DNA of 49,260 nucleotides, filler included, from Catajapyx aquilonaris (lineage: Eukaryota), in assembly GCA_000934665.2 (NCBI GenBank). It is 2 parts of 2 records of this genome, joined end to end, with 100 filler letters (N's around TTAATTAATTAA, not from the genome) between each part and the next. Parts side by side here need not be neighbours in the genome. Positions count along the whole stretch, not along the records: positions 24,526 to 49,260 come from KZ539365.1; 1 more part is not named here. One strand, given 5' to 3'. The notes under the pieces are model-generated. The model was not told where the DNA came from. It did not search any database and saw only the letters and a program-made list of their open reading frames with translations. A program made the position numbers and the translations under genes. How positions within the stretch are numbered: position 1 is the stretch's first letter; every line of letters starts with the position of its first letter. Shown here in pieces: positions 34,301 through 48,949 of the stretch.

Positions 34301-37300
34301 AGCCGTCTTCCTACTTCCTACTCTGTCAGTCCTCCCACAGGAGTTAATGGCAGGATATACGTAATGGAAGAAGCCTTTGTTTTTTTTTTCTCTCTCTCTC
34401 TCTTTTAGAACCTTTTGTAGGGAAATGTATTCTTTGATGTGCAATACACAGCATAAAAATTTCGATATTATATGGTATTTTGCAATTTATATTTGCATAT
34501 GTGAAAGCATCGCGAATGTACTTTACAAGCGCACGGTGCCTCTGCTTAATTAATATCGCGCCAGGCGACGCACACTTTAATATGTGCTATGTGCGTAAAC
34601 AAAGCTATAATTTTCAAATATAGTCCATGTTCAGCAGAGTATAGCATATGTAAATAACTTTGACTCCATTTTATAAGTAAATTTGATGCAGTTTTATAAC
34701 ATTTCACCGAACTTGGTATAGGAAATGTCGCTTTAAATAATTCACCACAGTTCAAATGCGGGCATTCTCGTTAGTTTTAGTATAGAGGTGCAAACTACAC
34801 CAATTCTATGCTCTTGTATAATCGATACTGTTAAGATTTTATCAGTCGAGAAATTTGGGTCCGAACCTCTAGATCGACACAGGAAGAACAGACTGAACAC
34901 CCTCCGAAGGAACTATAAAAGAAGGAACCGGGAGGATGGGGGAGGGAGTGGGGGGAGGGGGGAAAGAGGAAGACGGAGGGAAGGCTGCTCTTCGCCTGCT
35001 GGATCTAAAAGAATTAAGAAGAGTACGCGAGGGAAATATAAGAATAAAAGACTCTGGCTAAGTAGTATTCCGGAGAGAAGAGCATCAGGTCTAATGATCT
35101 CCACGCGACCTTTTCATGTTGCTGCAAATTCAATTTGACTTTGGTTGCCTCAAGAACCCGCTGTGGAAGACAGTAAAAAATGGGGGGAGTGATGGAAGAA
35201 GGGAGCGGGTGTTCAATTGCAAATGTGCTCCTTATGGAGGGGAGGGGGGGGGGGTTATGCATTATTAGCGAATAGGTAGGTAACTAATTCATTGGTCATA
35301 CCAGACTCGCTCTAAGTTTTAAGTTAATTTTGTAGGAGGTTGGGAGTGTAAAACTGCTGGAAGGGGCGAGGAAGAGGCCCAACTGGTGTCTATTCAAATA
35401 TTCATGAAGGAGGGTAGTGGTCACCGTCTCCTCCAGCTACTTGCTTCATTTCATAATTACTGTCAAGGGCACACTAAAGGTTGCATTAAAGGACGGATTT
35501 AACATCTACGTTTACGCAAGCATATTGATCACATTTCACCTTCAATGTGCATTACGAATGGCCTCCGAAATTAATGTACTCCCGAGGGATTTGACGCAGT
35601 GTCCGACGTTTGAGAGTTTCGCTCAGAAAATTTACAGAGAGAAAACAGTGAATCTGGGTGTTAAAATCTTCATCTGCGGAGATTTTGATCCGTAGCCAAA
35701 GGGAAGTTGGGGGGGTATTTCTTGGAGCCAACTTGCCCTCGGCCTTTGTGGGGGGGAGGAAGATGCGTGCGTGGCACAAGGAAATGGAAGAAAAAATCTC
35801 TGGCTAAGAAAGTGCTGTTGAACTGGCTCCAAGAATCGGCGTGGTAGGAGGGATGGAGGCGGGGGATGAGGAGGGGAGGCAAGGAGGGTTCCGCTTGGCC
35901 AAGGGGAAAACGCGTCTCCGGAGTTACACTGTGTGACGACAAACTCCAAAGCTTTTGGAAGGGGGTGAACAAGGAGGTGGGGGAGAAAGAGAGGCCTCCC
36001 TATACCTCCCTCCCTCCTTCACCCCACCTTTCCCCACCAGCCAGCCCTTCCTTCCTTCCTTCCTTCTTCCTTCCTCCATCAAGCAAGGCAAACTCAGACA
36101 AGAGGGCTGCCAGCAAAAGGAACGTGACGTGCACTGGCTCTGGGATTGTCTCTGCCATACTCTCCCCATCAGGCTTTCTCCAGACCAGCTGCCATGGCCA
36201 GAGAAGCCCCAACTGGGACACCGGACCATTTTTGCGTGCCAAAACTTGCACTGACTCAAGGGGGACACTAATTGCATTAACATTAATGCTCATAGGTCGT
36301 GTCGCTTATACCGGGTGTCCATTAATTTCCTGACAGCAATTCATGACTCAGCTTGTATTCTGGTTACAACATAGTATTGGGCGAAATCAGCTGCGGCCTC
36401 AACTGCTCAAAGAGCCTACATGCATATACATTAAAGCAGTTATGAAGTGTATGAGATGATATAGGGAACAGACCCAGACAGCATTGTTAGAACAGACGGG
36501 TAAGCAAGTAAGCCAAATTCTACTGTATTAAAGAGCCATACTGTTAAATAAAAATAAAATTCAAATCTCAATCACGTTTTTCTTACATATTCTATTGTAA
36601 ATTCCTATATCCATTTCGTGTGTGACTTGTGCTTTTTTAAATCTCCATTGTATTAAAGATTGCTTAACCCTGAGGTAAAACTTGTTAGTTAAATGCGCAG
36701 GTCCCATTTCTATCCTGCCCCTTGTAATACACCATTTCAGTGCTGCCTCTCTCACGCCAGCAATTAATGCGACTTAATAGCCCTGAGCTATCACCTGTGT
36801 TGATGTGATGTTCTACACTTCGGAGTATAAAAGTCACTCCAAAGTGCTAGAGTTGTAGGTGTTCAAACGCGAAATAATGGATTTTATAGACCTTGACTAA
36901 CGAGCTTTCTTGTACTATTCTGTCCACTTTCTCTTTTCCCCAACTTTACTTTTTACACTCTTCCCTTTTTCATATCCGCACACTAAAAGTCAATAGATCT
37001 AACAGTACCTTGAAGGAACGGAGGAAAAAAAAACACATCGCAAGAAAAAGACTTCATTCGGCCTTAAATATCGCCCAACAGCCTATTCGAGTGAAATATG
37101 CTTCTGTACAAGCACATTAGTAGGGGCAATTTAAAAACAGCTAGGGTGGCGGGTAATGTTTGCAAATTAGATGTCGCTAAATTAATTAGGCTACTCACCG
37201 AATATAAAAAGATTTTACAGCAGTCACTTCGCCGGAATTCTTAATTGCATGCCATCTCCCACAATCAGACAAGGTGTGAGGAGGAATGGGAGGATGGTGT

Positions 37301-40300
37301 TAAAGGGGTGGAGGGAGTCAGGAAAGACACGCCAAGCAAGAAAGGAAAGAGAAGGGTAAGAAGAAAGGGGGTGTGGAAAAAAAGAAGTTTAAAGTTGCAG
37401 GCGGTCGACAGGAATCGAGCTTGTTTCTCGGCTGTCACTCTTGCACTTTGCGCCCATCTGTTGTGAATTTAGGATCTACGATACATTGTCTACACTTTTT
37501 TTTTTCGGATTCCACTTACTCGATTTTTTGGTTGATCTTTTTTTTTCCGGGGAAAGAAATAGTTTCTTGAAATGTACTTTTCGTGCTCATGTCATCGGGT
37601 GAGACTTTCTTTTTGGCACTTCAGTGATGGGATGTTGCGTATATATAAGTCTGGCTGTTTTATTTTTTTATTAATGTATTTTTTTTAAATATATGCTGTT
37701 ATAGTTATGGCGTGCACTGACGGACACTCATCGATTACGTGATCAGTATATAATGGGTGGATTGTTTTATAATAATGCATGTCACATTTCTTGATATGCA
37801 GTCCATGTATCTATCTCACATGTATACTTTTAATTTTGTAATATTTGACTTTGTGTAACTTCAGATTTCAAAGGCATCACAGAAGAGAATAATTATTGTT
37901 AGCAAATCTAAGGCCAGGTTTTCTTGGAAAATATAATGAAGGAGTATGAAATTTAATGGTCGCATTATGTTTCTTTGTGTGATGATAGAGACATTGTTCG
38001 CATGTTGGAAACATTTAAAAATACTTGTCATTAATATCTATGAAATATAGCTTATTTAAAAACACAACCTGTACTGTAGGAGCATTTTATAGCGAATTGC
38101 ACAGCACTCGAGATGTCTGTAACAGGAACGATGCACTATAATGCAAGACACTGCATTTGCGGGTTATTTCTGATTTATGAATATATGTATTCTCAATATC
38201 GCAAAGCTCTTTTTAACATATACTACCCTAAGAACTCGCTCTTCTATTTTTTAAAGCGTAGGTTTTTCAACCTTTAGCGATTTCATATTTAGGTCACATT
38301 TAAAGTGATTATATTTGAAAGCGCCCAACAATTTCTTGCTGCGGTAAATGTGTGGTGCTACTTAATTAATTTATTATCACCATAATATTAATTTCTGTAT
38401 TTTCGCCTAACATGTGTTAAAATATCAGATTATATCACTTCTCGCCATGACCATAGGCTATAACCCATTATAGAAGTGCGCTGAGTTGTCATAAATATCA
38501 GTTAAAATTTAATGCAATAAATCATTAAGAAATATAACTTACGGAACAGCATTACGTAGGGATATTTATACTAAAAATTGAAGTGTTTCACAATATATTT
38601 TCAATGCTAAAAGTAACTTTACTAGATCACTATTGTGTTGAAGCTATATAGTCTGCATTTTTTATTCGCGTTAATAGCAGTGAACTGTATAAGGGTGAAC
38701 TATAAATTTGTCTTACTGCTTATTGTTTTACAAATTTAGTAAGGATATTTATAATGATTCCTTCTTGTAATTTAAATTGGAATGTTATATCACGATTGTT
38801 ACACTGTATAACCTATATAGTATGGTAGACTAAAGTATACAAGCGGGAAGCGAGAGGTCAAAATATAATAAGCTTACTAAAAGAGTTTGACAAATTTCCG
38901 CCAGTCTCGATTATTTGCTTATATTATTGTATTACTGTATAAGCTTTTCATTCAAAACAACACAATTTAATACTGTAAATTATGTACGAATATTTATGCT
39001 TTCGATCTTGTCATAACCTTTGACTTTCTGCGGACATAGGCGCATTTTATTTCAGCATATTTAATTGTGTAATCAGACGTCATACTTAATTTAGCAAAAT
39101 TATTGACTATAGTCTACTAATGGGTATGACAATAGGTACCATGTTACATGTTGAGTAAGTTGCTGTATGGGGCCCCATTATTATTTTCATTGTGGAGTTA
39201 TCTTTAACTTTCAAATACAAAAAAACTACTGGATTAAGAAGGATTGTTTGGGAATTGCTTTTAATTATTGGAAATTCCAAATAACTCGCGTCCTTTATCA
39301 GAGGTGATTCCAACATAAATACTGCATGGGCTGATATTATCATAGATTGTTGCAGTATATGGCTAATTGCAAGTCTATAAATGCGTCACATATTTTTAAA
39401 ATAATCCGTGGGTCGGACAGTGGATTTTGTCAGGTGGCAAGGATTTCGAAGCCCTTCTCTCTGTGTTTGCGTGGTTTTTCTTGGTGCCGTATAAGTATGA
39501 GCTATACTCCCTTCCTCTTCTCCTTCGTAAACTGCTGGTCATGAATTATATGGTGAGCGGGCGAGAGGCTCTTCGGGGGCAATAACGCCTGCTCCTTATA
39601 TGAACCAAACAACAATGTTAAAAAATTACAAAATTAAAAATCCCGGCCAAATGCAATAGTTGATAGCCAACCAAAGCTGACCGTGCATTAAATATTGTAC
39701 ATTTTGCTACAAGCTTCCAAGGCGTGTTTTTTTCTATGCTGTCAAACAGATCCTTATATGAATAATCATGTGATTATCCATATAGTTATTAATTCATTCA
39801 CTAGTGGTGATGCTAATAATAAAATTGTGCTTTGCACTGTGCGTTTGCTGATGTTAATTTAGTTTCGCCATCATCTCGGATTTGATTATACGTACAGTAT
39901 ATGCCCAAGTAAAATCTTCATATAAAAGTGTACATGCTTGAATAGGCAAATCTTGATGGCATAGTTAGTTCCAAATAAGTGACAAAACGAGCACAGAAGA
40001 CGCCGGGTTTTGATTTTAGGAGGTAGCGCAACTCCTGCTTCTTTATTTTAATTTTGTGCCACAATACATGCATAATTAAATTCGCAGGACTCGTTCTGTA
40101 AAAGTAAAGTTCTGGCTGGATGCATGCAGGTGCTGACCTATTTGCATATCCATTAGTTACACAATCACAGGGAAATATGCTGTCAGTTTGACCTATTATA
40201 GATCATTTTGCGTTATTGTCAGGTGGATATTTTTTTTGAAAATGTCTACTCGCTGCTTTTCACAGTATATTGTTATAAGGAGCAGTACATATTGATGATG

Positions 40301-41171
40301 GTACTTATACTGAAAGGCTAGGAAATTATTTTGTTCCATCCTCCATATAGAGACGGAATTAAATGCATGGCAGACAACATAATTATTTTGTTGCCATAAA
40401 TAGACGGTTGTTCATAGACTGTCCTACACTAATAATGAAAATGCACTGTTACCTATTGGAAAAGTATAGTTATAGGTGCTGAAAGTTTCTATTGTCGATA
40501 CGGTGCCTACGGTGCCTCGGACATGACTTCTATAATGACGGTGTCTATTGGACTTTTTTCAAGGCCTAAAATATCATTTTTAGTATCACCGAGCTTGACA
40601 AACAAAAAATAATGTCTGCTGTGGCGGCCGTACCATGCAGAATTATTTCGCCCATGTATGGTCATTTAATATATTATTTCTTACAAGCAATTATTCACAG
40701 CACTGACTATGTAATGTATATTGCACCATAAAGAAAAGAGTGACAGTATATTTTAATATAAAAATATCCCGAACAAATTTCAAAAAAGGGGCTTGCTTCT
40801 GTCACCTAACTATAATAATAACATACGACAGTAGTAATAAACTAATAATGAATCAACAGCTAAGTGATTCTGATAAAATATTCGGGTTATTTATAAAATT
40901 GGAACTTATTGAATACCTTCCTTGCGTTTTTCATGGTGTCTCATGGTTCGAGTCAATGCCCTCATTTGACATCCCAATTTTGTATAGTACCTCACTGATA
41001 CATCCTGTACATACGCTACTATAAGGACTTCAGTCTGATAAATACTGTAGCAACAAAAAGTATTTGTCACCAACATTGTCCCAAACAGTTGAATACCATT
41101 TTATTGCATTCCATACCACATCATGAATGGCACAAAGCCCACCTACTCTCTTAACTTTTGATGACAAAAAC

Positions 41172-41930
41172 TCTCTCTCTCCAGCTCTCTCGGATATTAG
41201 CCACGATTGCGCCCAAGGGGCCCTTCCATAAAGTGTAAATGCACCCCATTCGGAGCAGGTTAATGAATTGCGCTGGTGCATCGGTCAAAAGGAGGGCACA
41301 TCCCCATTGGTGCACGTAATACATGATACCCAAGGTCCAGGAGCGCCCACGCATCACACGGTACATCCCAATGGAGCCACGCCCAGGATTCCACCAATGA
41401 ACAGCAAGGGTCACCCATGAGTTATCCAAGTAGGGGGTGGAGGAGGGGGAAGTAAATAAAGAGAGGAGGGTAGGGTCTAGGGAGTATCGTAGGGAAAAGC
41501 AAGTGAGGCGAGGCAGCCATAGTTCTAAGGGGAGTACGGTGGTTCTTGCGCTTGACCGGGGACACTGTTTTGCGCAGGCGGCCTTCGGGTCAATACGGTT
41601 GCTGGGCGGGCGCTGATTCGCATGGGGACCCCCGGATTGGGGAGGACATGCACCCCCTCCACCCGCACCCGAACACTGCCCAGCCCGTAATCGCCCCCTC
41701 GTCACCCCNTTCCTTCCTCCTAGCCGTAGCCATGACGCCCGCCCGCTTGCTGAGAGAGAAGTGGACTTTTTATTCCCTCACCTTCCCCCCCTGCCTTGTG
41801 CCTTCCCCCTCCTCTTCTTGCCACCCCCTCCTGCCACCACTGTCTCGTCCGAAGACTCTTTCGGGGATTATGCCGTTTGGTGGAAACTGGATGGGGAGAG
41901 ACCCAAATGCGTCAGTTTGCCTTTGTTCTG
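41172..41930 (-). mobile_element. GC-rich insertion, possibly a retroelement fragment with a (GA)n 3' tail
   Basis: Sharp GC/CpG rise within AT-rich DNA, bounded by a (CT)n tract at ~41171-41190. No RT motif, TSD or second copy is visible. Confidence 0.35.
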
Positions 41931-44900
41931 GATCACACTGTCACATGCAGACTCATATTTTTTTTAAACGAATAAACCAGGTCTTGACCATAACAGGTTT
42001 TATAGTTGAAGAACAGGAAGTGACTTAATGAAGGAGATTTGCATAGGGTTTTCATGCAGTGTATAGGTAGCAGTTGGGTCTGAGAGGGATGCACCTTACG
42101 AAATTTTAATTGTGTTAAGTAGGTTGTGGGTTTATCGATATATGCAGTTGGAAATGTGTTTGATGAGACATAATTATACAGTATAATATATGATGCATTT
42201 TAATGCCGTATGATCGCCAAGAAATTTACACTAATAAAGAATACCAGCATATAATTACAGTATTCTCCAATATTAGAATATTTGAATATTTAAAATGAGC
42301 ATCTGGTGATATAGGCTAGTATGAATTATTGTGGTTGTGAGAGTTTTTTGAAGTTGGTTTTTTAATTGTTTGAAATTGACTATGATAGATTGATTCCATT
42401 GATTTTGTGTCATATTTTAAGTCTGAAATTTATCTGATTTGAATCTCCTGTATCGCTAACATATACTAGGGAAATGTCGTCTTGTTTTTAAGAATCCCCT
42501 TTGCAAAATAAAAGCATACCGGTAACACATTACTGCCTATTTTAGATGGCACGGAATGACCTACGCATATGCGCTTCATAAGGGTCTGGGCCTGCCATAA
42601 AATATAGGCCATCTGCATTCCTGAAGGTTAATATGTAGTAGATATGACATCTGCAGCAGTGAAAATTTTGCAAACTCTTGTCTAATATAAGCAAACCACT
42701 GTAAAGCCAGTTGAATGAACTTTCCAATTTTGTGTCATATATAGCAGCATATATGTATGCCTACATAAATTATTATAACATCACTCACGGAATATCGTAA
42801 TTTAATTATATGTTGCACAAATTTTTCTTATTTGTCACTCACAGCACCATATTATTTTGACTCCTTTTAGACTGAAGAAGTTTAAGCTGCCATCAACTCG
42901 TTAAATGTATGCTGTTGACACTTTTAAAGTGCACCTCATTTTCAAGTGAGATAATATGTTTTTATGATCAATGCAGAAAGATAATTTCTCTTTGGACAGC
43001 GCAGAGTTACGAAAATTATTGATCTCTCAGGCACGAAAGGAGTCCCAACATAAACAATATGACGCCATCATAACATTAGTACTGCCTTACTTTTATCATA
43101 GGAACAATCCTTTTCTGGTATAAATTCTTACATGAACATATTACTGCATAAATAAGACAAGGCTTATACATAAAAGATTATTGTCTACTTCTTGCCATTC
43201 ATGCTCGTAAAGAGCATACTTTTGAAAAACAAAAAAGTTTATGTCATTATCTGAATTGGGTGTATCCTTTTCCAAGAGGCTTAATTTTAACACAGGTAGT
43301 ATGATTATTCTCAGGCTGGCAAACTTTCAGCTGCAAAAATTAGTTTCTCTTGCACATTCGTTGATTTTTTTTGCAATTTGCTAAGTGGTATCTACTGTAG
43401 ATAGGAGCAGAGTATTAACAATTTCCATCGGTAGGTAGTCTTATTCACTGTCACATTTTACTGTATGATTGGCTACACACAAATATCAATTACTGATAAT
43501 ACACGCTATATGAAATTATGGAATAATCGAAGGAGAAAATTAAGACATGGAGAGTGAAAAGGAGAAGAGGGTACTGGGTAGGTGAACTTCTCCCTACTCA
43601 AGAATATACAGTATTTATACAGTATATTATGATACGTAATAATATTTGCATTTATTAATCCCACCAATATTTTAAATGCAATTTCTTGATGTTATATTTT
43701 AAATGTAAGATCCGGCTTTTTAAAACTGTGGCAATACACTTCTCACATATTTTGTTGTGTATAGTACGTAGGCTATAGCAGTATAGCTGTCAACGAACTA
43801 CATTGGACGTGACATAATATGACGTAAAATTGGCGTGCAACCGCTCTTTTGAAGGGGGTCCATTTAACAATTAGTTGTAACGCTTATTTATTTTGTAAAG
43901 TATTTGAAAACGATCTGCATCGTTTTACAATTTATTTCATTAATATGATGAGGATATTATACAGCATTATCATCATGAGAAATATGATGGTTTGTGGGTC
44001 TCAAAAAATAGATATCGGAAAAAATACATCAATTCATATTTTAGTAACTGGAGCTTTATTTTTACCAGCCACACAGGCCAATAATAATATCTCATGCATT
44101 CAAATTAAAATGAGCAATGTACTACATCCTTACAGTCAGCTTTTTTTTCTATAACTCATATAAAGTGGCATTACCCCAATCTGCCCGGGAACAAGTAAAA
44201 CCGTAAAGGTAATAATTATGTCATTATACAGTACATGTTGCCCGCATAAATGTTTGAATATATTAGCGATTGAAACACTAACTTCGGCAGAACTTTTTTT
44301 TTCGAAATGGATGAAGTTTTGTGATTAACTATCGCGTTTCCGGGAATTTGTCCTTTTGTAAGATCCCGCTCCAAATACAGAATTTAAATCAGCATTTATA
44401 CAAAAATATGTAATAGTGTCTATAGCTTATTGCATAATTATGTTATGTATAGGCTACTATTTCATAGAGCATAACAAGCGCAAGTACGCCGCATTTTGGG
44501 GAACAATTCGGATGAGCCATCTGGATGCTCCATGCGTTCGTGGCATGTCCTCCCAGACCATCGAAAATCAACAACACGAACTTCCTGTTATAGTATAGTT
44601 CAAAATGGTCGCATTGTTCCATTCTGGTATAAGAGTACAAAGTCCTTCCCAATGCAAAGAAGGGCTCTGCATACCTTCCCGTATTTGCTATATACAACGT
44701 AATCGCTATTAAGTAGAGTTTAAGTGGTGCAGTACAAAAGAAGCCTGTTTACTTACCCGTATTTCTATGGCAGTTTGACACACAAATATCAGCAGAATGT
44801 AGTAATAATAATATATCTATTTTATTATATGGAAGGAAGTTGACTTTTTTGTGTCTTAGGTTGACATTATTCACAGATTGAGAATTAACGATACTACAGC

Positions 44901-46615
44901 CATATGACGGATCTTTTAAGTTACCTTGCAAGGGGCATTCACATTATGGTCAACGATATGAATAGTTGGGTTTTTAAAAAAATTGGCCTACTATCTGCAA
45001 ACCAAAGACCAAAATAAAGAATGGAATTATGGAGAAATAAAAATTACCCACTAAAACTGCAACGATTTTTTAAACGTGTGGGGGTGGGAAAAACCTGTTT
45101 TTTTACTCGAAAAATAGAGCGGGCCTACATGCAGTACATGAAACATGTGAAAATCTGAAATGCGGAATGATCTGTCACATTTTGATCAAAATTGAGTTAG
45201 GCATTGTGTTAATTATGTTATTGTTAACAATTTTATTTCACTGCAGCTCTGCTCCGTACTATAGCAGATTCAATAATCCATATCAGTATTGGCTCAGTTC
45301 TGTAGGAAGTAATAGCATATTTTCATGTGCTTAGAAATACGTAATGTGAAATAATTTATCATTCAATGTTGAAAATTCATGGTCCTTTAATCCTTTTGTA
45401 TATAGGAATTCTGGGCAGCTCCAAGTTCCAAATTTTTTTTGGTGGTAGAGCCAATTATCACAAGGCTGGATCGAGAAGGATGCATCGCTAGCAGGCAACG
45501 TGAAGAGAGGAAGCTGCCAAGAAGGCGTAGATAGTGTATCATAGATTAGTATTCTGCATTGCTCTTCTTTCTACATTAAATTAATTTAGGGGCACAAAGA
45601 ATAATGCATGACAATTTCCTCTTTGACCTGTAAAAACATGCACAATTATTTTTTGTTATTCAGATGCTAAGCTAAAGGTGAATTTGTGCAAAAAACGTTT
45701 TTGCTATAGAAATGAGTCTATATACACAGCAATTCCATCAAAGGGCTATATTATTCTGAAGGAGGCTACTGTATAAATATGCGTTATACTGTGCAGTGAG
45801 TTATAATTAAAGTGTTCATAGCGGCTATCATTTTTCGCCATAATCAGATAATTACTCTTATGCAGTTACTTTCGAATAGTTGCTTTTATAGGTTATAAAA
45901 ATATTCGCTGCTATAATGTTAGGTGTCAATAATTATATACCGTATCCTTTTCTACTAATAATTCAGGAGAATCTACACTGCAAAAATGTGTTCAACCATT
46001 GACCCTATACTTAGCCTACACCATTAAAAATCGGTCACTGATGCATTAAAGCTAGAAAGTTAATTTCATTCTTCCTATAATACTAGAGGTAATTTTTATA
46101 ACCTCTTAAAGTAGCTATTCGGAAATAAATGCTTATTATATCACGCTGATCGCTTCAGCTAGACTGTATTAAAACATATAATTTTTATGTCAATCTTAAT
46201 TCAATCTGACTATAGTTCCGGTATAGCCTTACATAATAATTATTGGCACATTGATTTTTATGAGTTCGTTTTTATTAACTCAAAGCGATCTCCTTTGCTA
46301 TAAATCCCAGAATAAATTCACTTTTGCGCGGTGTGGAGGTTATATATAACTTGCAAAATCATGTGAAAGACTCAAATAAATAACGTTACCGTCTGTTTAC
46401 CTGCTTGTAGCAGTCTGAAAATATAATGGACAACTAAATAATAATACTATAAAATGACTTGTGAAATAAGCAAAATGGAATTGAGCAAGTTTAAATCAAA
46501 GAGATGCAATATAGGTAAAAATCAAGGTAATTTCCAGTTATTATAACGAACACATCATGCAGGTGGTATACACTTATTTTGATATAAAATAACATGATTG
46601 ATGTGTGATGAGTGG

Positions 46616-46685
46616 TACACTACCTAATAATTTTGACACCTTTAACACTGCAGTGTTAAAGGTGTCAAAATTATTAGGTAGTGTA
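46616..46685. mobile_element. Perfect 70-bp palindrome; minimal TA-flanked MITE (66 bp, two fused TIRs)
   Basis: TA|CACTACCTAATAATTTTGACACCTTTAACACTG|CAGTGTTAAAGGTGTCAAAATTATTAGGTAGTG|TA, with no mismatch and no spacer. Confidence 0.85.
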
Positions 46686-47923
46686 TCGTACGAGGAAAAA
46701 CTTAATGGATAACATACTCTCCATAGTAGCGCAGAATCTGTATTACACTTCGCCGTACACATTGTATACTGTTATGAATGAACATGCGCCACAAGTACAA
46801 GTAATCCATAACCCTATACAATCTTATTCCTTTTCCTACGCCAATCAATTGTTGAACGTGGCATTCTATATATAGGCAGTGTACCACACTGTAAGCACAA
46901 AATCGAGGTTCCCAACTATATTCCCTGGTGTGTTCTAATATAGCAGCTGCTATATAATTTGGCACCTCGATCGGGGTATACAAAAAGCTGCACAAAAAAC
47001 AACTTCAGGAGAAAGTTACGATGAGGACTCGGACATATGGAACACACTGTATAATACGTATTTTGCGACAATTTTAAAAAATGCTCCGTGTTTTTAGTAG
47101 CTTATTTGTGTTCAAGAAAAGTAAGAATTCATAAATTAAAGGTTGTCCAACCACGTTTGTACATTGTAACAACTCTTAAAACGGGGCAATGCAGTAGGAA
47201 ACCAACAATTCACATTTATTATCTCCATTTAAATTCAGTGGACAATTACCACACTAAAAACTACCCTTCTTGTCATTTTTGGTAAAAGAAATTAAGCTTT
47301 TAAAGTGTTTCTAACGCCGTCTGTGACAAATTAAAATTTTGAAATCCAGATTTCTCACTTGGGGAACGAAGGAAGGAGACACCGAGTTTCAATTTTTCAT
47401 ATAATATTATTACACATAGAGTGTGGCAGGATATGTTTGGATTTTTTTTTTTTAATCAATCGTACTATACTGTAGTAGAGAAAAAAGTTTCAGCCAAACA
47501 TCTTGTCGCTATATAGCCTACGGTTATCGTTAGTTCAAGGTGAAGTTTATAAGGCGGGAACAACCGGTGCAATGATGGTTGCATAGTAAGTTACTATAAG
47601 CTATGTTTGGCCAATCTTATTTTTACAGATAGTAAAACTGTATACAACAGGATAGGCTAAACCTTCCGCAAAGCTTCAATATAAAATGTAACATTCTTAT
47701 CTCATGCCAGGAAATGACGTGAGTAATCCAAAGGCTTCTGAATCTTAATTTTAATAAAATAATTGAAATACTACAGAGCTTTGTCTATACTATGTGTCAA
47801 CAGGGTGATTTTCTAACATTTTAGTGAAATGCTCCACATTTTAAATAAACGTACTGGCTCTCAAAAATAATTTTTGAACATACTTATCCTGGCGCTATGC
47901 AACCATTATCAGTATACTCCAAC

Positions 47924-47977
47924 GTGATATCTGTGGGGGAGGTTGCCCCCCCCCCCAACCTCCCCCACAGATATCAC
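47924..47977. repeat. Perfect 22-bp stem with a C10 loop
   Basis: GTGATATCTGTGGGGGAGGTTG-C10-CAACCTCCCCCACAGATATCAC. Confidence 0.9.
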
Positions 47978-48949
47978 ACAAGAGTGCTGATAGGTCTAGT
48001 AACAAAAAACTTTTTTTGGCAGAGAGTGTACTGTACCATGGTTCTGACATCAGTTATATCATGGTTAATTTCCAGGTTAGTTCAGTCGTACAGGGAAATG
48101 TGCATGCGTCATTAAAACTCTTATGAAGACACCTGCTGTGATTTTTACTATTTGGAAGTTGCCAGAATTTCCGCTATGACCATTTAAAATTTAACGAGAC
48201 CAATTCTGGTATTGTCAGATATTTCAAGTGTACTAAGTTAAGTTTAATTCACTTCTGGCCCCTTGTGTAAGAGCATGTTCGCCCATCGGGGTATAACGGA
48301 TAAATATATATTTTTAAATAATTCACTGCTGGTGGATTGCACTCCACTTTTTTTTTTGTATAAGTCTGTTTATCTCTGGTTTTTCAGTGTAAATAGTTAG
48401 GTCGAGTTATTTTCATTGTTATTAATTTTTACGAAGCGATATTAATATAAATACGCGAGGTATTACATTCTAATGCACTTTAAGTGACAGAATCAATATT
48501 AATTAACAAGAATACCACTAAATCGACATTGAACACCTCCTGCTGCGGAATTGTAGAGGAATTTTTATCGACCATAAAAATTCAAATACTTTTTTACCAA
48601 CCACTACAACAACATACGGTAACTAGTCAATCCGCCGAGTTCACAAGCACAATTTACCTGGTATAGATTTTCAATATTTATAACTAAAACAAAAAAATAC
48701 TTCATTACCACCTGATAATATACTGAACTTTTACTCTGGCGTACACTGTACACAATAAAATGCTTTATTACAACAACTAGTCAGCCACGAAGACCCATTT
48801 CAGAAATAATTAGTTGGACAGAAAAGCCCGGCCAATTTCAACCAAACCAAGTTGCTTGCCAACCCCCACACTTTTTACTGCATGATATCAATTTCCAATA
48901 GTCTGAGTGGTGTAGAGCCCCGAGCCTTTGGAAAATGGTAACAACAAGC

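Noticed and set aside
33363..36333. Overlapping 100-155 aa ORFs in the right half
   Set aside because: Low-complexity purine/pyrimidine tracts that are open on both strands, some crossing N gaps, with no domain signatures.
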